Positions 12,261-23,789 of a DNA stretch of 64,000 bases are shown one piece after another. The DNA comes from Cetorhinus maximus (lineage: Eukaryota): contig NC_135886.1 in NCBI RefSeq assembly GCF_964194155.1, positions 141,236,001 to 141,300,000 of the forward strand. The letters run 5' to 3'. The notes below the pieces were generated by a model. That model had not been told where the DNA came from. It saw only the letters and a program-made list of their open reading frames with translations, and did not search any database. Every line of letters begins with the position of its first letter. The first letter of the stretch is position 1. A program made the position numbers and the translations under genes.

Positions 12261-13606
12261 CACCAGATCAGTTCAAGGGTCAGCGAACAGCACTTCTGGA
12301 ATAGTCTGTTGGAGTCAGTTTTTAGTCAGCCAGGAAATGTCCCAGAGGCAAGGGACAAAGGCAGGGACAGGAAAAGGTCCCAGTTAAGTTAAAAAAAAGC
12401 ATTAAAATTAGCCGCAGTTAGCATACTTTAAGAGAAGTTGGCTCGAGAGAACCCCAGAATATCCATGAAGGTGGTCGAAGGTTGGTAACTCTGTGCTGCG
12501 GGTCATTGGGGCAAAGGTACCCCGTTGGTACAGTGGTATTCTGCTTGGCATGGCCGAAGACCTGAGATTGTGCTTGGAAGGTGAAGCTTGAGTGCAGTCA
12601 GAGATCCAGAAAAGAATGTCGGAAGGTGAGATTGAAACCCTGCAAGGTGGGTCGTTGTTGAGGCCATCTGAGTGGGAACAACTTTTGGAAAGGATTCCAT
12701 GTTGAGATCTTTAAGCGTAGAGATTGGAAGCTCTCATAGAAAAGACAAAGTTTCAGTGAGATTGGTTGACTCACAATGTGACAAACATCTGGGCTGGTTG
12801 TTGAGAAATCTATGGAATTGGGTTTGGTCGCACCTGTCATCTATTGTGTAGCGTGGTGTGCCCGACCACAGGTCGCCTGTTAATACACACGCACCTCATA
12901 CTTATCCTGAACGTTAGAGTATAAGATAGATATTGTAACTTGTTTTATCTTTCTGAACATGTATAGCAAAGTTTATTTTCGCCTGATCAAAACCCATGGA
13001 ATCCTGTGGCTTTATTCACTTAGTAAGTGTTTTGAATCTCAAACTTTATCTACTTTAAACAAAACGTTATTGGTCCTAACCGGACCTTCCCACACAACCC
13101 AGGGTCTGGCCAAGGATTACAAAATATTACAAATTATTTACAGCACAGGAACAGGCCATTCAGCCCGACATCCATTTATGGTCCATACTCATTCTGCTGA
13201 TCGGTACTATACCCACTCCAATTCGAATATAACCTTCCTGTGGTGCAATGCCCTGAACTGAATATTTGGTGGGTTAAGTTAAAATTATGGGTAATTCACC
13301 TCGTCTTTCAGAAGTTAAGGGATAGGAAACTTTAGAAAGCTCCTAAGTTTCCCAGAATCGATATCATCCGAAACACAGAAACGTTTGAAGACCTTAAAAC
13401 GGTTCATTGTTTAACGCTCAACAAAGTGATTAGGAATTTAGTTTCCAGGGCTATCTGTCGTTCCTGTTTTGCAACTTTTAATGGGTATCACAATAATAAC
13501 TTTCATTTACATAGCGCCTTTAATGTAGCGAAGAATCCCATGGCCCTTCACAGGGGAGTGATGAACCAAAACTGGACATGGAGCGACATAAAGCGGTATT
13601 GGATAT

Positions 13607-14568
13607 TAGGGCTGTGCCAGGGTCCTGAGTGTGGCCCGTGAGACATTTTGTCAACCGATACCCACGCACAGGGAACAGAATCCAACTGCAGCCGCCATTG
13701 ATGGATTTAGCTCAGTGACCATCGCTCGCAGCACCACTTGACAGGAGACAAGACAACACTGTTGAGAGTTTTCACTTTGCTTTTTGTTGATGTTTGCATT
13801 GTGCGGAGTGTTATTCATAATAAGTGAAACGGAGTTAAATTGAATTCAAAAACGTTATACAGCGAAAGCATTGGCTTGTCAGTCAATGTGTCGCTTACGA
13901 GTATCTGAACTACGACGTACACTTCAGTGTTTTTGTTCCATTCGGACGTGTTTTCAAGTAATTAGCAATAAATTATTACCCTGTTATACAGCATTTGTAA
14001 AACACATAGAAGCAAATGATTTGTGTCACCAATTTGTGCCGGTTATGAAATTTATTGTAGTCTTAGCTGAAGCAGGTAGCCTTTGATGAAACAAAAATTA
14101 TGGCCTTGTGAAACTGTAATATCTATTTGGGAAGAGAGTTTTTAATTCGTGCAGTGTGATGTTGGTTCCCTGAATGCAATAACTTTCAGGTAGCCTCATC
14201 TAGTTTGTCCCATGGGGGGTTGAGGAAGGCGGCCGGGGGAGACAACATTAGCCAAGATTCAATCAGCACGGCCCACGAATTGTGGAGGACAGAACCAACC
14301 AGAGTCGTGTTGAGTATAATGTAGGTAAGGCAAGTGTAAATATTTCTTTTGTTTTTACCATTTGAAGTTGATGACAGTTCTATTAATATATGAATGATTA
14401 AACTTTTTCTGTAGCTCATTATGAAATACTCGGCACGCATTAAATGTGTTTAATCTTATTCATGGGGTCATGATTAGTCCATGTGTCCTTTTTCAATCTT
14501 GCGGCCCACTGAGATGAAGGAAGGTCACTCATGTGGTCCACTCACTAGCCTAAGATTGACCATCACTG
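13607..14568. mobile_element. hAT (Charlie-like) non-autonomous DNA transposon, tentative
   Basis: Ends ...TTGACCATCACTG, has recurrent GGCCCAC/GGCCCGT subterminal motifs and interrupts an L2 3' fragment (13490-13606 / 14570-14810). Confidence 0.4.
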
Positions 14569-15239
14569 TTTTAGGGAGGGTCTTAAAGGAGAGGAGAAAG
14601 AGACAGTCTGGTTTAGGGAGATATTACCGAAGCTTAGAGTCCAACTAGGCAACTGAAGGTACAACCGCCAATGGCGGAACAATTAAAATCGGGGATGCGC
14701 TAGTGCTAAAATTGGAAGATATTAGAAATGTCAGAGGGTCGTGGGCCTGGAGGAGATTACAGAGGTAGGGAGGGATGAAGCCTTGGAGAGTTTTGAAAAC
14801 AAATGAAGCTTCTTTGGCCAGCGCCCAATTTGGATCGAATGAAGGAGGCACTTGGGAATGCAGAGGCCCATCGAGCTTTGCTGATAGTCCATCCTCTGCA
14901 GGTATAAGATGGAGTTCAGGCAGTGGAGTGCATACTGCTTGCTAAGGCAGGAAATGAAGAGGCTGGAGCCCAATTCTAGGCCCAGGCATCAGATGATAAG
15001 AAGTTCCAAACTTCCCAACACAGACTGACTTCCCATTGATGCTGCCGCAGCTTTGAGAAAGCCAGGCGTTGGTTGGCAGTCAGTAAACCGAGTGGTGGGG
15101 GGGAGGGGTTCGCAATCCCCATAACGGAGGGTTGGGGGGCATAGAGGTCCCGACAATTTCGATGTGTAATGGAGAAGAAACTCATGGATTCTTGACTAAA
15201 CAAAAGCAATTGGAAACTTTGCATTTAGGAAGAGCAGCA

Positions 15240-16790
15240 GCAACAGCAACAAGAACAACAGCTTATATTCATATAGCACCTTTAACATAATGAAACACTC
15301 CAATGTGCTTCACAGGAGCATTATAAAACACAGTAGGACATCAAGCCACATTAGGAGATGTTAGGTCAGATAACCAAAAGTTTGGTCAGCGAGGTAGGTT
15401 TCAAGGAGCGTCTTAAAGGAGAAAAGTGAGGTAGAGAGGCGGAGATGGGTAGGGAGGGAATTCCAGAACTTAGGACCTGGGCGGCTGAAGGCACGGCCGC
15501 CAATGCCGGAGAAATGGGGATTGCAAAAGAAGCCAGAATTAGAGGAGTGCAGATATCTTGGAGGAATCTGGGGCTGGAGGAGGTTAAAGAGATAGGGAGG
15601 GACAAGGCGATGAGGGGTTTAAAAACAGGGTTGAGAATTCAAAAATCAAGGTGTTGCCAGTCTGGGAGCCAATGTAGGTGTCCAGTAAAGCACGGGAGGT
15701 GGGGCGGGGGTGGGGGTGTGTGACAGGGAAACAGGACTGGCAACAAGTCAGAACATAGGCAACAGATGTTTGGAATGGTCGATTTTACAGAAGGTAGAAT
15801 GTGGGAGTCCAGCCAGGAGTGTATTGGAATTGTCAAGTCTAGAGGTCACGAAGGCAGGAATGAGGGTTTCAGCAACAGATGAGCTGAGACAGGGGCAAAG
15901 TCAGGTGATGTTACTGAGGTGGAATTATGGGGTAGGAAGCTCATCTCAGGGTCAAATGTGACAGCAAGATTGTGAACAGACTTAATCTGACTTAATCTCA
16001 GACTGCTGGAGAGGGATAGACATGGTAGTTAGGGGGCAGAGTTGGGAGTGGGGACCAAAAACAATGGCTTCAATCTTCCCAAGATATAATTGGAAGAAAT
16101 TTCTGCTCGTCCAGTACTGGATGTCAGATAAGCAGCCTGATAATTTAGCAACAGTGGAGGAGTCGAGAGAGGTGTTGGGGAGGTAGAGCTGGATGTCGTC
16201 AGAGTACATGTGAAAACTAACGCTATCCATTCAGATGATGTTGCCAGGGGCAGCGTGGAGGTGAGAAATTGGAGGTGGGCAAGGATAGAGGGACACCAGA
16301 GGTAATGGTGTGGGCGCAGGGAGATAATCCATTGCAAGTGATCTCTAACTACAATTATTATCGATAAGGATGGAACCAGGTGAGAACCCACACAACTGGA
16401 TGACAGGGAGAGGTGTTGGAGGAGGATATTGTGGTCAGGTGTGTCAAAAGTTGCAGTCAGGTCAAGAAGGATGAGGAGGGAAAGTTTACCTTAGTCACAG
16501 TCATGTAGGATATTATTTTTGACTTATATAAGAACCATTTTGGTACTGTGGCAGGGACAGAAACGTGGTTGGAGGAATTCAAACACGGAGCTCCAGGAAA
16601 AATGGGCACGGATTTAGGAGGTGACAACATGTTGCGGAGGGGGAAGAGAGGTCAGATACAGGATGGCAGTTTACAAGGACGGAGAGGTCAAGAGTTGGTT
16701 TTAGACGGGAGCAACGTAACAGTACATTTAAAAGAGAGAGGGAGATGACACCTGAAGGAGAACCGTTTACACAATAACTAACATGGGGGC
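15240..16790 (-). mobile_element. L2 LINE, RT to 3' tail
   Basis: FHMYSDDIQLYL (YADD region), QLYLGKIEAIVFG and HLHWLPDWQHLDF; (GTT)n-like tail at ~15240. Confidence 0.9.
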
Positions 16791-16796
16791 CAGGTG

Positions 16797-16897
16797 GGAA
16801 ACAAAAACAGAAAATCCTGGAACGCTTCTGCTTATTCTCTCTGTTCCTCTCTCCATGGATGCTGTCCGGCCTACTGAGTATTTTCAGTGTCATTTGG
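16797..16897. mobile_element. Penelope family 1 pLTR fragment (antisense plus sense pieces)
   Basis: GAAACAAAAACAGAAAATCCTGGAA followed by CTCTCTCCATGGATGCTGTCCGGCCTACTGAGTATTTTCAG. Confidence 0.6.
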
Positions 16898-16930
16898 TCG
16901 TACAGAACTTGAGTATTGCTGAAAAAAGAG

Positions 16931-16968
16931 ACATGTTGAAGCTTTTTGCCTTGTACTCATCAGGACAC
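16931..16968 (-). ncRNA. Degenerate minimal type-I hammerhead ribozyme (Penelope family 2)
   Basis: Minus strand reads GTGTC-CTGATGA-GTACAAGGC-AAAA-AGCT-TC-AACAT. CUGAUGA is intact; the GAAA and stem-I defects are both explained by CpG>CpA decay. Confidence 0.55.
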
Positions 16969-17124
16969 TTTGCAAGAATAACAATATAAGGGGAAAACAA
17001 CAATTTATACTGTACGTGAAGAGAATGCTGATTGTTTGGCATGGAAAATGCACCAGTGATGGTGACAGACAGTTAAATGCCAAGCATTGTTTGAAATTTA
17101 AACCAGGCAGCTTGACCCTGATTA

Positions 17125-18820
17125 GCTACTGCAAAGGCTATGGGGCCTGACAATATTCCGGCAATAGTACTGAAGACTTGATGTCAAGGACACTCACTCT
17201 CACCTCACCTCTGGAGTTCAACTCTTTTGTCCATGTTTGAACCAAGGTTGTACTGAGGTCAGGAGCTGAGTGGCCCTGGTGGAACCCAAACTGGGCATCA
17301 GTGAGCAGGTTATTGCTAAGAACAGAACTTGCCACACTTCTAGTCAAGGTGTTCCAGTACAGCTACAACACTGACATCTACCTGGCAATATGGAAAATTA
17401 CCCAGGTATGTCCAGTACACAAAATGCAGGACAAATCCAACCCGGCCAATTACCGCCCCATCAGTCTACTCTCAATCATCAGTAAAGTAATGAAAGGGGT
17501 CATCAACAATGCTAACAAGCAGCACTTGCTTAGCAATAACCTGCTTACTGATGCCCAGTTTGGGTTCCACCAAGGCCACTCAGCTCCTGACCTCAGTACA
17601 ACCTTGGTTCAAACATGGACAAAAGAGTTGAACTCCAGAGGTGAGGTGAGAGTGAGTGTCCTTGACATCAAGGCCACACTTGACTGAGTGTGGCATCAAG
17701 GAGCCCCAGAAAAACAGGAGTCAATGGGAATCATGGGGAAAACTCTCTGCTGGTTGGAGTCATACCTAGCACAACTGAAGATGGTTGTGGTTGTTGGAGG
17801 TCAGTCATCGCAGCTCCAGGACATCAAAGCAGGAGTTCCTCAGGGTAGTGTCCTCTGCCCAAACATCTTCAGTTGCTTCATCAATGATCTTCCTTCCATC
17901 ATAAGGTCAGAAATGGGGATGTTCGCTGATGATTGCACAATGTTCAGCGCTATTCGCAACTCCTCAGATACTGAAGCAGTCCATGTCCAAATGCAGCAAG
18001 ACCTGGACAATATCCAAGTTTGGGCTGACAAATGGCAAATAACATTCACCCCACACAAGTGTCAGGCAATGACCATCTCCAACAAGAGAATCTAACCATC
18101 GCTCCTTGATGTCCAATGGCATTACCATCACTGAATCCCCTACTATCAACATCCTGGGGGTTACCATTGAGCAGAAACTGAACTGGACCAGCCCTATAAC
18201 TACTGTGGCTACAAGAACAGGTCAGAGGGTAGGAATCGTGCATTGAGTAACTCACGACCTGACTCCCCAAAGCCTGTCCACCATCTACAAAGCACAAGTC
18301 AAGAGTGTGATGGAATACTCCCCACTTGCCTGGATGAGTGCAGCTCCCACAACACTCAAGAAGCTTGACACCATCCAGGACAAAGCTGCCTGTTTAGTTG
18401 GCACCCCATCCACAAACATTCACTCCCTCCACTACCAACGCACAGTAGCAGCAGTGTGTACCATCTACAAGATGCACTGCAGGAATTCACCAAGGCTCCT
18501 TCAACAGCACCTTCAAAACCCACAGCCACTTCCATCTAGAAGGACAAGGGCAGCAGATGGGTGGGAACACCACCACCTGGAGGTTTCTCCCCGAAGTCAC
18601 TCAACATCCTGACTTGGAAATATATCGCCGTTCCTTCACTGTCACTGGGTCAAACTCATGGAACTCCCTTTCTAACAGCACTGTGGGTGAATCTATACCA
18701 CATGGGCTGCAGCAGTTCAAGAAGGCAACTCACCACCACCTTCTCGAGGGCAACTAGGGATGGACAATAAATGCTGGCCCAGCCAGCGAAGTCCTCAAAC
18801 CATGAATGAATCATAAAAAA
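17125..18820 (+). mobile_element. CR1-group LINE, 5'-truncated (RT to 3' tail)
   Basis: NYRPISLLSIISKVM, QFGF, GVPQGSVL and MFADD RT motifs (17301-18095); tail ATGAATGAATCATAAAAAA. Confidence 0.9.
17177..17320 (-). repeat. 144-bp inverted duplicate of 17529-17672
   Basis: Reverse-complement match with 2 substitutions counted by eye; the peptide LSNNLLTDAQFGFHQGHSAPDL... appears on both strands. Confidence 0.95.
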
Positions 18821-20249
18821 GTCTAGGCATTGCCCTGAGGAATGAGTCAGCAAATGGCTGTCACTTATTTTGTTTAGCTGAGTGCAATGTATGTACATGT
18901 TCTTCCTGAAAAGGGCCTGTGTATTAAAAATGTAGCTTCCAGTACACGCAAATGCGCCAAAATGCAGCCCTGACTGACAACCTTAAATTGGTTGTCAGTG
19001 TAATTCTTCGCACACTCTGGATTATTTAGCAAATTTTGTCCAGTCACGGTATCACATCTGATGTTGGACACTGTGTTTTGAGTTTTGCAAGCATGGGGTG
19101 ATTGGAGACTGTCTGTACCCTGCCTGTTGCAAATAGTGGCTGGGACATGCTGTTTCATACGAGCCACCAGTCTTTGCGGCATACGGCTTACATACCTGGC
19201 ATCACACTGGCACTGAAATTCATATACCACATGACTCATTTGTGCGATAGGCAGAACATCTTTTTGGCTTGATGGCAGCAATCTGTTCGTGGCGAATACC
19301 ACTCGTGTTGCTACTGCATAGTAGCAGCGTGAAACAGCTAGCTTCACCTGCTGCTCAAATTTCTGAGATACCTAGCCCTTCCAGGGAAATCTGAGGTAGA
19401 CTGAGCAACCTTCAGGGCCGAAAGTGACGGCCTTAGGCCTGTTCATGAGTTTGTGTGATATACAGCATGAAATGATCTGATCAGGGTAGCCATTATCCTG
19501 CAGGATGTCTTTGATGCCCCTATTTCAGCATCAACCTTACATGGTGAGCAAATGGCTCGGGTCCTGTTTACAAGGTTGCCGATAAGACCAATCTTATAGT
19601 TTGCGGAACTGTAAAAGTCCCAAAACGTATATTGACCAGTGAAGGTAGGCTAGATTGTGGTAGAGAACCCCCTGGCAGATTTCTCAAGTAGTACGTCGAG
19701 GAAGGGGAGCTCATTTGACTGCTTCATTTCAAGGATGAATTTGAATGCAGGATGGAGCCCATTAAAACTTGTAAGGAAATTATTACATGCAGCTATGGAT
19801 TTAAGTATAGCAAATGTATCATCCACATATCGGAAATATGTGGGGGGGGTAGGAGGTTGGGTGTCATTTCATCGAAGACACGTTTCTCATGGAACCCAAC
19901 AAAGATGTTTGCGAGAGCTGAGCTGAGGGAGGGTCCCATGGCAACACCATCTGTTTGGGCATACGTGGTGTCATTAAAACTGAACTCAACTGTGCAAGTT
20001 GCCGAGTTCATAAGCTCAAAGAATGCTGATTCACACAATGGTGGCTAGATTGCCATAATATAGTGTTGTAATGCAAATATCTATAGCTTCCTTAAGTAGA
20101 ACATTGGTGAATAAGCAATGTCAAATGAGCACATGGACACAGCATGGCTATCGATATGCAAGTCCTGTGTGGTCTTCGCAAATGTGAAGGAATCCCTCAT
20201 CGTGCATCTGGAGAACTTGCTCAAAACTGGTTGTAACAATTCATTCAGG

Positions 20250-20480
20250 CGGGCTAGTGGAAGGAGGGAACATGGCAGAGGCTGCTAATCGGATGGTCTC
20301 AATCCTCACACTTATGTGGAAAGTTGGGTGGACAAAAGGGAGAGTGTTTTAAGAAGATGGTTTGCAATAGATAAAGGAAGCCAGGGTCTATCTTTGCATT
20401 CCAGAATGATGCTGGAAGATAGCGCAGTTTTAGCAGAAAGAGGAATTGTTTTAAGTGGTCCAGCCACGTCTGGTGGTAGA
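20250..20480 (-). mobile_element. L2 ORF2 upstream (EN-RT linker) fragment
   Basis: SAKTALSSSIILECKDRPWLPLSIANHLLK resembles the L2 linker; same strand as the L2 at 15240-16790. Confidence 0.6.
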
Positions 20481-20939
20481 TGGCTAAACCAGTTGTCCAT
20501 ATTATCTTTTCAGGTCTTCACCCCTTGGACTTCAGTAATCAGACAAGAGGGCCATACCAGGGGAAACAGCCAGGGTGAGGAAAAGTAATGGTTTTATTGG
20601 GAACTAACTCATCAAAGGTGACGGTGCGGATGTGGCTGAGTTACTCAGTAGCTGTTGACACTTTGACATCCTCCCTGCGCTGGTCTCCCAGAATGGGAAT
20701 CCAACTCTGTATATGTTATAAGAAATGAGTGGGAGAGTAGGATTAGACTGGGTGCGTTATTAGAGGGCGTGGGAAGTGGGAAAGAGGGTGATGTTAGTTT
20801 GGGTGAACATTAAAGACTGCGGGGAATGAACAAGAGAGTGGAATTAGATTGGGTGTGAAGTGTATGGGGAGTGAGAAGGAGTGCAGGATTAGACTAGGTA
20901 GGTTATGAGAGGCCAGGTGGAGTAAGCAGGAGAATGGAT

Positions 20940-21143
20940 TAAAAGCAAAACGCTGCGGATGCTGTAAACCTGAAACAAAACAGAAAATGCTGGAAAAACT
21001 CAGCAGGTCTAGCAGCAACTGTGGAAAGAGAAACAGAGCTAACGTTTCGAGTCCATATGACCCTTCTTGAAACGTTAACTCTGTTTCTCTCTCCACAGAT
21101 GCTGCTGCCCTGCTGAGTTTTTTCCAGCACGTTCTGTTTTTGT
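20940..21143. mobile_element. Palindromic Penelope pLTR insertion with 12-bp TSD
   Basis: TSD AGGAGAATGGAT at 20928-20939 and 21144-21155; inverted arms ~20977-21049 and ~21070-21141. Confidence 0.85.
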
Positions 21144-21739
21144 AGGAGAATGGATGACTCTGGGTTGGTTGCAATGTGGAAGCTGTGACTAACTTGTTGA
21201 AATCTCATTACTGTACTGAGCACTGTTAAGCTAGTCACTACAGATGGTGATTGCCCAGCATTGGTGACCCTGAGCTATGTTTGAGAAAATACATTAGAGC
21301 TGCATCTCATTAGTTTAATTAATTTACAAGCTGATGCTTATTCACTGCAGCTGTTGGTGCTTTAGTAAGGGAGCATGAAGGGTTGAGTTTCAAGCTTCCT
21401 TTTAATACACTGTTAAATAAATTTCAATTGATTTTAATTTTCTGAAGGGATAGCAGGATTTGGCTGCCCATCTGAGTTTGGGCACCTCATAAATATGTAG
21501 CATTGTTGCCCTGTGTGTTCAAAGGAAATGTTACATTTCCATATTGGCTCACACAATTTATCAGATTAAGAGCCAGCATCTAACACGGCATTGATTGCAG
21601 AGCAAATCAGCTAAGGAGAAAGCAGAGAAACTGGGAACGTTCTCCATACAGCAGCAAAGGTTAAGAGAGCATTCAAAGGAGTTGTTAAAAATCATGAATG
21701 TTTTTGATAGGTTAAATAAGGAGGGTCAGTAATCAGGGG

Positions 21740-22028
21740 ACTCTCTATCTCTCCAACCTTGACCAACCCTATAACCCTCTGAGATATTTGCACTCCTCCA
21801 ATTCTGACCGCTTGTTCATCCCTGATTTTCATTGGTCCACAATCAATGGCTCTGCCTTCAGCTGCCTATAAGCCCCAATCTCTGGAATTCCCTCCCTAAA
21901 TCTCTCCATCTCTCTTCCCTACTTAAATGGCTCAGTGTCGAATACTGTCCAACAATCGCTCCTGTGAAGTGGCTTGGGAAGTTTTGCTACGTTAGAGGCG
22001 TTATATAAATGCAAGTTGTTGTTGTTTT
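21740..22028 (+). mobile_element. L2 LINE 3' end
   Basis: CTCTGGAATTCCCTCCCTAAA...GGCGTTATATAAATGCAAGTTGTTGTTGTT tail. Confidence 0.8.
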
Positions 22029-22899
22029 GGGGACCTTGATGTTTGCAAAATGGCTGCTTTATTTGCCTGTATAAGAACATCCATTTCACTTCAAAGCAAT
22101 TCAACCTGCGGGAACACACTACGATGTTTCTGAGAGATGTAATAAAGCACTGCACAACCAGAAGACACGAAATGCAGATAAAACTCACACATGAGGCTTG
22201 CTGTGAGCACGTTTGCTTAAAAGTGGTGGGACAAATATGTCGGCTCACATGCGTGTGCGCACAGGTAAGTGAGTATGTATGTGAGGGGTGCACATGTGTG
22301 TATGTGTGAGTGAGCAATCTCATTCAACACAAACCAAGGATTCAACCTGCAATACTCCCGAACAGAAAGTTCAGTTTCATATCACGAGGTGTATTTGCCC
22401 ACCGAGGAACCCCTCGTTCTGTGGCTGGTTATGGCTGATGTGGGCATAATAGTGCTGTCAGGGGTGGCCAAGAAAATGAGTGAACAAAAGAAGGTCCTCT
22501 GATCAGATTAAAATTCCCCATGAGTGAAACTGGTCTTGTTACCATGTTACACCCAAGAGCAGTTTCATCAACTACCAATTCCCTCACACCATCCCCACCC
22601 TGTCTCCACAACCCTTGCCTCCCTTTACAGCTATCACCTCTCTGTTTGAATTTAATTGATTCTGCAACAGACAAAGCCAGCTCACAGCAGGAGGGTCAGC
22701 CAATGAAACCAAACTCTCCAGGAGGACCTCACTTACCCTTCTGAGATTGAGGCAACTTTCAACTTAGAGTTTAGAACTTACATTCAGGTCTGGTTCCGTT
22801 GCCACAGCATAATACACCAGTTGTTACCTGAGCAAGGAACCCATTTCTTTATCCCATTTATTCTGTATCTCTTGAACAAGCAAGTGTCTCTTGGACAAG

Positions 22900-23165
22900 A
22901 AGAGCAGACACATGGGAACACCACCACCTGGAAGTTCCCCTCCAAGCCACTCACCATCCTGACCGGAAATATATCGCAGTTCCTTCACTGTTACTGTGTC
23001 AAAATCCTGGAACTCCCTCCCTAACAGCACTGTGGGTGTACCTACACCACATGGACTGCAGCGGTTTAAGAAGGCAGCTGACCACCACCTTCTTAAGGCA
23101 ACTAGTGATGGGAAATAAATGCTGACCCAGCCAGCGAAGCCCACATCCCATGAATGCATTTTTAA
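22900..23165 (+). mobile_element. CR1-group LINE 3' end
   Basis: Matches 18550-18817. Confidence 0.85.
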
Positions 23166-23789
23166 AAAGGCAAGAAAGAGTCACTTGCATTTATAGGATC
23201 ATTCGGCACAGAAGGAGGCCGTTCTGCCCATCATGCCTGTGCTGCCCCTCCAACCCCACCACCCCTGCTCTCACCCTGTAGCCCTTTTAAATATTTATCT
23301 AATTTCCTGATGAAAAGTTATCAGATCTGCTTCTCTTTCTCCTCAATTACCCACTGGCTCTTTTGCCAATTATCTTACACCTTTTGATTACTGATCCTTC
23401 CACCAATTTACTTATTTATTTACACTTCATGGTTTTGAACACCTCTAATACATCTCCACTTAGCCTTCCATGGGGAACAATACCAGCTCACCTAACTGAA
23501 GTTCCTCATCCCTGGGACCATTCGAGTAAATCTCGTTTGTACCCTCTCTCAGACCCAGGCATCCCTCCTAAAGAGTGGTGCGCATAACTGGACAAAGGTA
23601 CTCCAGCTGGGACCTGATAAGTATTTGATAAAAGCTTAGCTTTTGTACTTTATGCCTCAATTTATAAAGCTAAAATTTCAGATACCAAGCTGGCTACAAA
23701 ATAAAACCAGAGAATACAGGTTAAAGATAGTTACTCAGAAGATGGGAAGCAATGTTCACAGTGCTGGGACCACTGCTGTTCACAATTTA

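Larger units (their letters stand above)
11019..13121 (+). mobile_element. Possible long LTR-like element interrupted by an RTE insertion
   Basis: Starts TGTTA at a CR1 breakpoint and ends near TTACA. Non-coding, LTR-like composition, no TSD seen. Confidence 0.3.
16900..20247 (-). mobile_element. Penelope-like element family 2 (RT, GIY-YIG, 3' UTR), interrupted by a LINE at 17125-18820
   Basis: RT motifs FSFNDTTYAQTDGVAMGPSLSSALANIFV (19793-20038) and ELPFLDVL; GIY-YIG VVYEFQCQCDARYV...RLVARMKQHV (18874-19347). The non-coding 3' region continues across the LINE. Confidence 0.85.

Noticed and set aside
20720-20930. Recurrent GGATTAGA(C/T)T(G/A)GG motif as a regulatory array
   Set aside because: Degenerate, irregularly spaced and similar to CR1 3' UTR sequence; better explained as decayed tandem duplication.
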